From: Marsupella aquatica
Taxonomy: Eukaryota; Plantae; Marchantiophyta
Direction of reading: 5' to 3'
Assembly (NCBI GenBank): GCA_973895155.1
Contig: OZ316897.1
Span: forward strand, 1,576,515-1,640,514
DNA: 64,000 nt
Numbering within the stretch: position 1 is the first letter of the stretch; every line of letters begins with the position of its first letter. This document shows positions 47,707 through 58,595 of this stretch, piece by piece. Both the position numbers and the translations under genes were made by a program. The notes under the pieces are model-generated. The model had not been told where the DNA came from, did no database searches, and was given only the letters and a program-made list of their open reading frames with translations.

Positions 47707-50700
47707 TAGGAGCTCGCTCGATTATGGGAGCTACAGAAAACGGCTTTCTTAGGAGGCGAACTCATCAAGGCCGAGTTCTTGTGGACGCCTACTTCCAATC
47801 AGCTCGACGATCTTCTGTTTTGCGAAGACAGAATCATCGGCATTCGAGAGGCCATCAAGAACTGCAACGACATACACTGGGAATTGAAGGGTAGCACAGA
47901 AAGGTGGACCCAGGCAACAGTGCTAGGAGAAACCTCCACGGCAGCTGAGATGAAGAGGAAGGGAGTCGTCAACGATGAAGCCACCCCGGCAAAAAGAATG
48001 AGGTCGGCGGCACCAAAGAAACCAGTCGAACAGCAGAGCAGGAAGCAGAGCGAAGCCGAAGAGGAGGAAAGCGACCCCATCAACGCCATTCCAACCAGGG
48101 ATGACACCTGGAAGGGCTGGGCGGCAACTCTACCAGTGGAGGTGCAACTACATTTTGCACGGGAGGAGGATGCATGCTTTACGGCCATGCAGACCAAGAG
48201 GTACCAAGGCTTCATGGCCGGATCCGGCTTGGAAGCCTTTGTAAGATTACCGTGGCTAAAGCCGGAGGTGCCGGATTCAGACCTATTAGAATTCGTGGGG
48301 TCATGGGAACCCGAGACCAATTGCACGAGGATATATGGGAAGGATTTCTATCTTACTCCCAAGGTGATTGCCGAAGTGTTTGGCTTGCCGATAGGCAATA
48401 AGACCAAGGTTGATACCAGGAAGACCTTGCCTGACAAAGAGTTCCGGTCGTTCCCCAGACCATCAACGAAGAATGGCTTCTTCCGGACCACCTGTACCAA
48501 CCCGCACATTGGAGAGATGATCGACTTCTTGCGGGTGACCATGCATTGTAACTTGCCGAGGGCAGAGATCGGCAAGGCATAGGTCTATCTGGCAGAGAGA
48601 CCAGACCCAAGCCGGGACTACAATGGGTACCTCCTCAACCAATTGAAGAAGATCTTGAAGGAGGAGCAACAGGTAATCGGCATGGGGAGCGTGTCGCGGC
48701 TTGGCTATCACATGTCGCTGTTGTGCCGGTATGCCAGAGGTCAGACCTTTGCCCCGGTACTTCCCCTACAGGCAAGGGCACCAGTTCCGGAACAGAGACA
48801 GGCAATGGAGAAACCCAAACCGCCCGACAGTCCTACAATCGACCAGGTGTTTAGACCAAGAACGGAGGACTTGTCGATGCAGCAACCAGGCATGCAGAGT
48901 CTGCTGAAACTGCTGGAGAAAGAAAAGAGATCGGCATCGGCAACGACAATGACAATGACAACGGCAGCGGCAACAATGCACGACATTGTTCCAGAGGTAG
49001 GCCTAAACCGGCTAACAAAGGAGAACCCCTTTACTGGAGTCAAGGAGACACGGAGGCCGGAAAACAAGCTGGGAGTCCGGATGTATGTAGGAGCCTCTAG
49101 TCCCGAAGCTGAGGAGAAGCAGGCCGTAACTCCCGGCCACAGCAAGGAGAGTAGGAGATCAACACGGAGACCGGAGGAGGAACCAAGACCGGAGGAGGAA
49201 CCAAGACCGGCGGGAGGTGAAGCCGTGTTCACGCCAAAACCAGGAGACGAGCGGGAGGAGCTGGTAGTCCAAGCCGAGGAGGAGGCGGTGGAGGACTACA
49301 GCAATGATAACTCCGGCTATGGGTCGGATCATCATGTTCCAGGAGTAAGGACCTGTGGTCGCTTCATCCCCACGCTCCCAAGAGTAGTCCGAGGGGACCC
49401 CAACCAGCAGAGCAGCCCCGAGTCTCCCCCGCCAGATGTCGCTCCCCCGAGCTTTGACGGCATAAAATAGACGGTGCAAGAATTTCAGGAGCGAATCAGG
49501 GAGGAAGACGAGGCAGCCCTGGCTAGAGAAAAGGATTTACCAGGAGGGGAATGGCCAGAGAACATCAGGCGGCTAGCCGAAAAAGGAAGCAAACCTCTAG
49601 CCACGATTGAAGAGATCCGCAAGACGGCTTGGGAGCAGAGGCCGCGATGGGGGATGCCGATCACTTCTACCTATTCCACCTACGTTAAGAATAGAGCAAT
49701 GGAGTATGGTGAGATGTGTGGGGAACTTGCGCTCGGCATCTTTGGGGAGGAATTGGAGGTAGGACCCTTTTTCCATAGGGAGCAGTTGGAGAAGCGCCAA
49801 TTGGAAGAAGCGGTGGCCTTGGAAAGAAGCAAGAAGGACGAGGTCATCCGTCGGCTTAGGGAAAGGGAAGCCAAAATCAAGGACCTGAGGGCGGCCAAGA
49901 AAGCCCAAGATGAGCTGCGGATTAAGCGGCATGAGCTAAATATCATGCAGGGCCAGTTGGATACCGCACAATCTGATAACCGGATGATCGAGAATCTACT
50001 GACGAGGACCCAAGGAGAGTTGGCCGATGCGATCAAAGAGAGGGAGAAGTGGAAGCAAGAGCTGAGGAATGCAGAGGAGGCCCACATAACAGCCAACAAC
50101 CGGGCCATGGCGGAGACCCAAAGAAAGGAACGGGCGTTGAAGGGGGAGCTCAAGAAAAGCCGCGGAGCCCTTGAACAGAAGGAGGCCGAGTTAGGGAAAT
50201 CCTATCAAGGGATTATGGCACTGCAGCAGGAGCTTGCGTCCCTAACGGCCAGCTTCAAGGCCGACCTAAGGGAGAAGGACGTGATGCTCGATCAGACTTA
50301 TGCCAAGATGAACCAGATGGAGTCTGTCATCATTGCAGAGCTCGACAAGGAGCTAAGAGCAACCCGGGAGGAGAGGGCTACCTTGAAGAAGGAATTGTAG
50401 GAAGCCCATAGGGAGCAGGAGGAGGCCAAAAACGAGCTGGAGGGGGCACGTAAGGACCTGGATGAGACCCAAGAGGAGTTGGAGGAAATCACGAGGAAGA
50501 TGGAGAACCTACAGCGGCGGGCCGACAACCAAATAGAGCGGCTGAAGAAACAAGCCGCAGTATTTAAATGCTTAGTTGCAGCAGGTTCACCTTCCGTTGG
50601 GGCGAACCAGTTACCAGGGGTGGTAATTGCCGAAGGACAAGCCGCACCACCTGCACCAGTGCCAGAAGTAAGTGGGAAGGGGAAGGGACCAGCTGCCGAG

Positions 50701-51045
50701 CCAGCGACGAAGAAGAAGCGGAAACCTTCAGGGTCAAGGAGTAATACGACTCCACGGGCCGAGGTGACCGAGGAGGTAGACCCGGCAACGACCCCAGACA
50801 AGATCAAGGCAGAGGATCCAACTACCCTAGGGGAAGGGGAGGCCGAAGCAATGAGTGAGGATGAGGCCGAAGCCGGGGGTGATGCCGAGGCCGGTGTCGG
50901 GGCCGAAGCCGAAGGTGGACCCAGTCAGGCCGATGGAGAGTTGACTCAGTCAAGGGCAGGTAATCTGTCAGTAGACGGGCCAACGGCAGTGGCTGAGGAA
51001 GAAGCGATGGGGGCGTCCACTGAGGGACAGACACCGCTGCCATGA
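47703..51045 (+). pseudogene. Element-D ORF (~1100 codons): Transposase_32/PMD-like domain plus long coiled coil
   Basis: 47779-48582, 48643-49470, 49474-50400 and 50479-51045 share one frame separated by three TAG codons; homologous to 10343-12832. Confidence 0.8.
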
Positions 51046-52855
51046 CGGTGGTGCAGGGCCGCTCCTTTCAAGGAGGGCGGACGTGGAGGGAGGAGGCGTG
51101 AGTGGGCAGGGCGGGCTCAGATCTCTAAGTTTAGGATTAGGATCAGGACCAGGAAGCGGCCCTGACACTTAGCTTAGTGGGATTGTGGTTCCACTGGTAA
51201 GAGCAACACTTGTACTCCTGCCTCGCTGTACATAGGTAGATCCAGGCAGGTAGATTACTGTTAGGTAGATTAGGCTTACGCTCCAAAGAATTAGGCAGAT
51301 CCGCTACCAGGATAAGTACCTGGGCTGCGGGGAGCTCAGGGCCTCTTCTTTAGCAAGTTTTTAGTTTGCACCAGCCGGGCTGGGATCAGGTAGTAAGAGA
51401 AGCTCTCGGTTAGTCATACTGTGACCTTGTGTATATTCATGTTTCCTCATGCCTAAGAGCTGAATAGAGTTGGCCTCACGGCTTAGTTCGCAGAGCTTGT
51501 GTATGAGATGTACTGTATGTATGGCAAGTGCATGGTATGACTCAGTCAGAAGGAGTCATTTTACTATTTGTGTGTCGCATTAACTTGTGTGAAGAGTGCC
51601 CACATCAACTAATAGGAGAAGGAAAGTAAGCAAGGGAGTGAGAGTTGGATGTGTCAAGCTGAGAGAGGTCTTAGCGGCTTAACCAAGCCTATTGGGGACC
51701 ATTCCGGCGGCGGAATCCAAATATACCCAACCAGAAGGAGAGGAGGACAAGGGAAGGCCTAGAATAGGTCGGCTTCATATCTCATGACCCGATGAAGGAT
51801 CTGTCCAGTATATGTGTGTAAATTGTTAATAGTAGTAGTAGAAGGAGGTTAGCAACGTCCCATGCCGCTAAGCCGCGAAAACGGCCTCGCCAAGCGTGAA
51901 ACCTGCGGGAATCGGCTTGTGCTGGGGGGTTTCTTGGGTTTAGGGAGCCGTGGGACGCACCACATTGAGGAGCCACAGGTACCCATAGTTGATGCATGTA
52001 TTCCTCCTACATGTACACCCACCCCCGAGCACCTTCCTTCTCCCATCCCCGAGCCTTTACCACCTTCACCTGTACCCTCTCCCCTTTCATCCCCTTCCAC
52101 TCAGGAGGCCACTTTACCACACTCTCATGTTCTATCTCCCTCCCCTACCAGGGAAGGAAATGAACCCATTCCCGAGCCTAATCCGAATACTGAGACATTA
52201 GAGCCCCCCAGTGTACCATTTCTAGCTCCTACACCTTTGATGTCTCAGCATCCTATTGTCTCTTCTACTGCCGATATTGAGCCCCTTTTTGCTCTTCCCG
52301 CCGCGTTTGCTACCATGATCACTACACTGATTGACACACGCATTCCTCTTGCACCACCCTTACCTCCACTGATGTTTGGTTCCCACTCGCTCCCTTTTGT
52401 ACATACATATGACATGGTTCTGAGTTATCCTGGTATTTTATGGCTTCCTATCGACAAGCTGCGCATGCCAGAGATTGAGGGTCCGCAGTTGTGGAGTTGG
52501 GTTTATCATTGTAGAAAGGTCATTGCACCTATCCCTCTTCCAGCCCCGGACATTCCATGGCCTTCAGATTATTATGTTTGGATTGGACCGGATGGACATC
52601 CCATCCGGAAGATCAGTGACCCAGATCTGATGAGACTCCAACAGGATATTTTTTGCCGACAGTATTTGAAGGGCAATAGGGCCAAAGGGAAGTTAGCACT
52701 TGGATTTGTAGCAAGTCTTCCCCTGATTGTAGTTGACCCTCCTCCTATTGTCTTATGACATTTGTACCTCATTTGCTAAACTTATTAGTGTATTGAGCTT
52801 TTACTACTTCACTACTTGCGTAGTTGAACATGCACTACCCCTCATATTTGTATCA

Positions 52856-53029
52856 CTCCATACCGTGATGAAGTTCGTGAATTTTGTAATATCGCTGTCC
52901 ACACGGGGATATTCCTCTTGCTGTTCATGGACCCTGCCATGTTTGGGTGCTCCATACCGTGATGAAGTTTGTGAATTTTGTAATATCGCTGACCGCACGG
53001 GGATATTCCTCTTGCTGTTCATGGACCCT
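52856..53029. repeat. 94-bp tandem repeat interrupted by the MULE insertion
   Basis: CTCCATACCGTGATGAAG at 52856 and 52950. Confidence 0.85.
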
Positions 53030-53830
53030 GGAGTAAAGGTACATCATCAGTTATCAGTGACTAATAACTGATATCAGTCACTGATATCAGTCATTGCTCG
53101 TCGCGCTTAACACTTACCTGCATGTCGGCGACTGTGCTCAGATTGGCCCGGGGATCTCGGCAAACTCGCAAACATCTCTGATTCAGGGTTTACGGTCTTG
53201 AAACGCAAAGCAATAAGCATAAAGGCGGTGTCCGTACAGTTTTAGGCGACCATAGCCAGAATGTCAAAGAGGTCGCCGATATAAGGTCGACATGATGTTT
53301 ACTAGAAAAACATTTTACAACCCATATATTGTAATTTGTCGGTGATGCTCGCCGAGAAGACATCATCGAGATACTACTACTAGGCTGCTGGTGGTGCCAG
53401 CCTTGAAAGAAGTAATCAATGAGAATTGTGATGCAGTGTAGAATCCTTGGGATCAATTGCGACCACCAGAAGATCAAGATGTTTGCCCAATAAGAGAGCT
53501 TATAAGAAAAGGTAGCATGAATTCATTGTCATTCCTTGGCGATGCTCGCCGAGAAGACATCGTCAAGAGACTGCTACTCCTACTTGTCAAGCCGAGGAAA
53601 ATGCTCTCGATGAGGGTTGCCGACTTTATCACGACAGATTCAGTAATGTATAACTAAGCTGCCTAATCTGCACAAAATGTTTCATAAGATCTGGATTACA
53701 CAGCCGATTAGACGGATTTCTACTATCATCGTCCAGTTTAATTTGACACTCCATAAAATCATTACCGACGAACGATTCAGTAACTACCAAAATGTATCAA
53801 AACTTTGAGGCTACAACATTCCGCTATTTC

Positions 53831-54733
53831 CTACAAGTAAATGTGTACACGAAATTCATGTTTTTGTACATTCACTCCAATGAACGCCCCCAATTCAGCT
53901 CTTGTCGAGAGGAGGTCATTCATTTTTACCCATAGATTCAGGATGTTGTCACACATCTCAGATAGCCTAGCCTGCACATCTACATGAAGGCTCATAAGCT
54001 TCTGGAAGTCTGACTTGCTGTCCGCGATCTCTGCATCCAAACTCTTCAGCAACTCTTTAGCAAACACGAAGTCAACATCAGCATATTTCGAACACTCGGC
54101 ACTAGGCGAGTCCTTGTGGCTGGTTGTGTTGTCACGACCGCGGAACTTAGCTGCACCGTCTACGGGCATCTTCAACGTCTCGTTCATTCTGTTTGCATCA
54201 CCAACAGCCTTGCAATTATCTGTAGATCTCAACAGACGAGGAGCTTCACCATCACCGTCTGGCAGTGTGGTAGCCATTGCAATAGGATGCTTCCTGGGGT
54301 GACCTCGTTTCCTCTTCTCTGCCAAGAGCCGAGGAGCTTCATTATCAGGTAACGCGATCGACATTACAATGGGATGCTTCCTCAGCCGACCTCGTTTCCT
54401 CTTCTCTGTCAAGAGCCGAGGAGCTTCATTATCAGGTAACGCGATCGACATTACGATGGGATGCTTCCTCGGCCAACCTCGTTTCCTCTTCTCTATCAAG
54501 AGCCGAGGAGCTTCATTATCAGGTAACGCTATCGACATTATGATGGGATGCTTCCTCGGCCGACCTCGTTTCCTCTTCTGCGGGACGACGTCCAAAACGG
54601 CGGAGACAGTGGGTGTGTGCCTGTCTTGGACACCGATCACAGACTCCACTCTGGCCATGGTGCTCTGCCCTGATGAGAAAGAAGGTGAAAAATTGTAGGG
54701 CGCACCGCGCTGCCACATTGCCTTCACCTCCAT
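53831..54733 (-). CDS. AT-hook repeat protein (4 x 30-aa repeats) with a C-terminal helical/coiled-coil region
   Basis: KRKRGRPRKHP plus three variant copies in a 90-bp repeat; intact 300-aa ORF. Confidence 0.65.
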   Translation of the reverse strand: MEVKAMWQRGAPYNFSPSFSSGQSTMARVESVIGVQDRHTPTVSAVLDVVPQKRKRGRPRKHPIIMSIALPDNEAPRLLIEKRKRGWPRKHPIVMSIALPDNEAPRLLTEKRKRGRLRKHPIVMSIALPDNEAPRLLAEKRKRGHPRKHPIAMATTLPDGDGEAPRLLRSTDNCKAVGDANRMNETLKMPVDGAAKFRGRDNTTSHKDSPSAECSKYADVDFVFAKELLKSLDAEIADSKSDFQKLMSLHVDVQARLSEMCDNILNLWVKMNDLLSTRAELGAFIGVNVQKHEFRVHIYL

Positions 54734-55270
54734 CTATCTAGTCCGTGTTGTGGTGACCTGCAACGTACAAGACAATCATCATCATTGCCACTAAAAATCC
54801 AACAATTATTGGTATCCTATCCCTAGACGGTTGAAGGGACAACAACGTCCGCTCGTAATAACGGGTACATGTCTTTTCACACACACTCCAGGTTTGGCCA
54901 ACAAATGAGTTAATGTTGATTTAACCTGCAACGGTCGACTGTCAGGATTAGTTTTTGGCACTGTATGAGCGTATGATTCCACAGTTGCTACGTAATCCCA
55001 TTTCGGCGAGGATCTCTGAGATCAGAGGCCAGCGACTTCTTTGTTAGTTTGACGACAAAGAGTTTAGGGTGTAAGTAGATCTTGGAGAGGGTCTCCGAGA
55101 TCTGGTGGTTCTCTCACTCGACAACGGTCAAAATTATGATCCTAAGTTCCATTTCGGCGAGGGTCTCTAAGATCCGGTTTCTTACTTTTCCTTGGTAAGT
55201 GCAATTTCGGCGAGGATCGCAGACATCCGGTTGGGAAGTTCCATTCCGACAAAGTTCCATTCCTGCGAAG

Positions 55271-55891
55271 TTCCATTCCGGCGAGGGTCACTACATCCGG
55301 TTTCAGTGCCATTTCGGCGAGGGTCGCTGACATCCGGTTTTAGTGCCATTTCGGCGAGGGTCGTTGACATCTGGTTTCAGTCCCATTCTGGCGAGGGTTG
55401 CTGATATCCGGTTTCAGTGCCATTTCGGCGAGGGTCGCTGACATCCGGTTTCAGTGCCATTTTGGCGAGGGTCGTTGACATCCGGTTTCAGTGCCATTTT
55501 GGCGAGGGTCGTTGACATCCGGTTTTAGTGCCATTCCGGCGAGGGTCGCTGACATCCGGTTTTGAGTGCCATTCCGGCGAGGGTCCCTGACATCCGGTTT
55601 CAGTGCCATTTCGGCGAGGGTCGCTGACATCTGGTTTCAGTCCCATTCCGGCGAGGGTCGCTGACATCCGGTTTCAGTGCCAGTTTGGCGAGGGTCGTTG
55701 ACATCCGGTTTTAGCGCCATTCCGACGAGGGTCGTTGACATCCGGTTTCAGTGCCATTTTGGCGAGGGTCGCTGACATCTGGTTTCAGTCCCATTCTGGC
55801 GAGGGTCGCTGACATCCGGTTTCAGTGCCATTTCGGCGAGGGTCGCTGACATCCGGTTTTAGTGCCATTTCGGTGAGGGTCGCTCAGATCC
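55271..55891. repeat. 37-bp tandem array, about 17 units
   Basis: Consensus TGCCATTTCGGCGAGGGTCGCTGACATCCGGTTTCAG; units start at 55307, 55344, 55381 ... 55863. Confidence 0.95.
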
Positions 55892-56482
55892 GACGAATGG
55901 CGAATGTCTCCAAGGTGAGTAGCGTTCATGAACACTACATCTTGGAGACCCTCGCCGAATTCCAACGGTGCCGTTTGGATGTCGACGAGGCCGCCGGGAG
56001 GGAAAAAAGACCACACCAATAGTACGATAACGTAAGCTTTTTTATTATTGAAAAATGTCGTACAAAATTAGTCCATGATGCTACCCCTGACCTCATTACT
56101 ACATGATGAGTTCAAGTCATGACATGACCTAGTGGCCAGTGGACCCTATCGACAATGCTATCCGCGATGACCTCCTGTGCCTTCACAGTCAAATATCACT
56201 AGAATAAAGCCCGTAGCCACTGTCCGGATTGTTGCTCGGCAATTTTTCTACATTGTCACACCATAAGATTGGGGTTAACCTGTTCTCCACTTAGTCCTGG
56301 ACTCTTCCTAGCACATCTCCATCGAAGAACTTATCATACAGATCCCTCTCATATATCTCCGTCCTCCAGACGTAGTTTGCCACCCAAGACTTGAGTGATG
56401 TAACTGACATCATAGATAGGGCATCAATAGGCAAAATTTGTCGTAAGAGAACACGGAACGTACACGTGGTTGAGTGACGATT

Positions 56483-56899
56483 CTAATGTCGGTTGTCGTC
56501 CATGTTTTCAATGACGTCCTTCACCACTTTTAACGCTGCCCATCCTTTGGAGTGAGTCACGAGGAATCTCCATTTCCTACTAACTCTGGACAATATGCGC
56601 ATGTTGTCGATCGTCTTGAAGGTAGCATCATCATCAGTGCCATATGCATTTGCAGACTCAAATGCATTTCTAAGTAGAGGCCAAACATGTCCCTTTGTCA
56701 GCATATCCGGGAGGCCAGGGATGAGACTCTGCCTTTTTGCTTCTTCTGCTTCCTCCGGAATAGGCTCCCCAACAGTCCCCCATATTGAGAGCCAATCAAA
56801 ATCAGCTTTCAATTTCAGCTCAGTAATTGTCGCCGTAAACTTATCAAGGCGTGTAGCGCACTTTTCATGATAACGCCTCTTCGTGTATGATCCTTCCAT
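56483..56899 (-). CDS. F-box-like protein 1 (stop at 56483 possibly premature)
   Basis: SLIPGLPDMLTKGHVWPLL...LSRVSRKWRFLV...W; the frame stays open for about 65 codons past the stop. Confidence 0.6.
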   Translation of the reverse strand: MEGSYTKRRYHEKCATRLDKFTATITELKLKADFDWLSIWGTVGEPIPEEAEEAKRQSLIPGLPDMLTKGHVWPLLRNAFESANAYGTDDDATFKTIDNMRILSRVSRKWRFLVTHSKGWAALKVVKDVIENMDDNRH

Positions 56900-57472
56900 G
56901 TTGGAGAGCCGCTTGAAGCAAGTTTAGCCGCTTGAAGCACCCGTGAGATGAAGATGACACCCAACAGATTGAACACAATAACCAAGCAACCGAACAAGCG
57001 GATGAAGAATAGAGAAAGTGCCCTCCTCTTTCTAACGACAGCGACATTGACATATTGGTTTCGACGGTCTCCACCTGCGAAGTCTGCGGGTTGATCTTGA
57101 CCCTGTAGGGGCTGCGCGCCGGTCGCGCAACGGGCGTAGAACGTCTGCCTTCGTGGGGAGGCTCTCCCTAAGAAATGAACAGCGATGTCATTTCTGCCCA
57201 GTGCGATGAATGTCAAAGTGTAGAAATTCAACCAAGCGCAGGGATAAGTGAGAAGGACGTTGAAAACCCTAACAAAGAGTGAAGAGGAAGAGGAAGAGTA
57301 AGGAAGAAGGGAGCACGTACCGCACGTACCACACCGCACAAAACTACGTCATGGATACGGGACATCCCAACTATACTTGACAACGTACATCTTGTTCACG
57401 GACCAAACAAGAAAGTACGCAAGGGAAGTACGCAAGGGTCTAGGATTTACGGCCCAGTATAGGGGGTACATG

Positions 57473-57505
57473 TTTAGGGTTTAGGGTTTAGGGTAAACCC
57501 TAAAC
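57473..57505. repeat. Telo-box cluster: (TTTAGGG)3 followed by inverted AAACCCTAAAC
   Basis: Directly visible, upstream of F-box-like gene 1. Confidence 0.8.
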
Positions 57506-57687
57506 GGTCCAAATGTCAAAGACCCTCGCCGAGAATTGATAGTGAAAGATAGGAAGGATCTCATGTCGCCAAGTATTTATTACTCAAAAAAGTCGTACAA
57601 AATTAGTCCATGATCTCTAAATCTGAACCAGGTGTGGCGTACTCCTGCGTATTCTATACACTAAACCGATAATGACATGAAGTGCAC

Positions 57688-58416
57688 CTAAAAGTTGTCA
57701 CGATTGACACTTACACCTTGATCAAGTCTTTCCTGAACCTGCTCAGTGTACCAATTATCAAGACGAGTCCTTTTCCAAGCATCTACTTGTTCTTGCTGAA
57801 CACCATATATCGATAGATAACAGTCCGCTTCCTCCGAATCACATAATAACCAGGAATCGATCCTCTCATTTAAGATATCATCAGCCAACCGAGCCCAAAC
57901 ATCAATCGGTGGGAACGCTCTCATTGACTCACGAAAGAAGTGAGGTGTCAATTCAGGCCATCTTGTGGCACAAAATATCACAGCAGTAGTCATTGCAGCC
58001 CATGCTATGGAGTTTGTTATCAAATATCTCCATTTCTTGTTGATATGCGCAACAGACCGCACCATCAGGCACATATTCCTCACTGGAGCATCCACAAGCA
58101 CAACATCTTCCAACATTGATCGGATCCGGGGCCATATGTGCAACTCCACAAGATCATCAGGCAATCCCGGAATCAAGTTACCGGCTGGAGGGCGACATCG
58201 TAGGGGATAACGAGAGGAGGGGAGATTCCAGATGCGAGCACGGTCTTGTTCTTTACTAGCAAGAAGCGTCTGCAATTCCGATGTAAGCCTTTCTTGTGTC
58301 CTATCAATCACCATCTCACGTCCGCCTGCACTAGGATCCATAGTTTCGAACAAAGCAACAACCCTCATCCCAAGGACCCAAGCGGGTTTAGGGTCGAATC
58401 TGAGCCTCACCAACAT
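57688..58416 (-). CDS. F-box-like protein 2
   Basis: NLIPGLPDDLVELHIWPRI...VAHINKKWRYLI...W; intact 242 aa. Its 3' flank (GTCGTACAAAATTAGTCCATGAT, ~57592) is shared with gene 1 (~56057). Confidence 0.7.
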   Translation of the reverse strand: MLVRLRFDPKPAWVLGMRVVALFETMDPSAGGREMVIDRTQERLTSELQTLLASKEQDRARIWNLPSSRYPLRCRPPAGNLIPGLPDDLVELHIWPRIRSMLEDVVLVDAPVRNMCLMVRSVAHINKKWRYLITNSIAWAAMTTAVIFCATRWPELTPHFFRESMRAFPPIDVWARLADDILNERIDSWLLCDSEEADCYLSIYGVQQEQVDAWKRTRLDNWYTEQVQERLDQGVSVNRDNF

Positions 58417-58595
58417 AAATCCGTAACCCTATACTTATAACGGTCATATTATAAACCCTAACCCCCTAACCCTAGGCCCGCAACCCTGAAGTCCATGTCG
58501 ACGAGGGTCGCCAAGATTAGATGACACGGCGAGGGTCGCCAAGATGATCTCTTGAAGAAGGAGACAATGTTAGCGAGGGTCGCCGACATACAATG

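Larger units (their letters stand above)
47220..51964 (+). mobile_element. Gene-carrying solo-LTR-like element D (4745 bp)
   Basis: Termini TGTGATGCC...GCACCACA; exact TSD TTGAG (47215-47219 and 51965-51969); TATAAA at ~47314; hairpin at 51702-51715. Confidence 0.9.
46222..52758 (+). pseudogene. Element-C ORF (46222-47219 + 51970-52758), split by element D
   Basis: MGLSHLLFLP*, GWRIDQC, LRFLVPIFHPTKP, KINWALVL and TYLTPYLVHVY; several stops. The Pro-rich frame resumes (DIPMDVE|EPQVP) across the TTGAG TSD. Confidence 0.75.
45396..53029 (+). mobile_element. Gene-carrying LTR-like element C; its right end probably lies beyond the MULE insertion, outside the window
   Basis: TG start inferred where a flanking duplicated sequence (44727-44840 vs 45287-45395) breaks off; carries an A/B-type ORF and GGACG(G/T)CC motifs at 45528-45860. 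Confidence 0.5.

Noticed and set aside
55271-55891. CRISPR-like array (37-bp period)
   Set aside because: Units are contiguous with no unique spacers, no cas genes are present, and the context is eukaryotic.
57473-57505. Telomere or chromosome-fusion relic
   Set aside because: Only three units, in a promoter-like module; telo-boxes occur elsewhere in the window.
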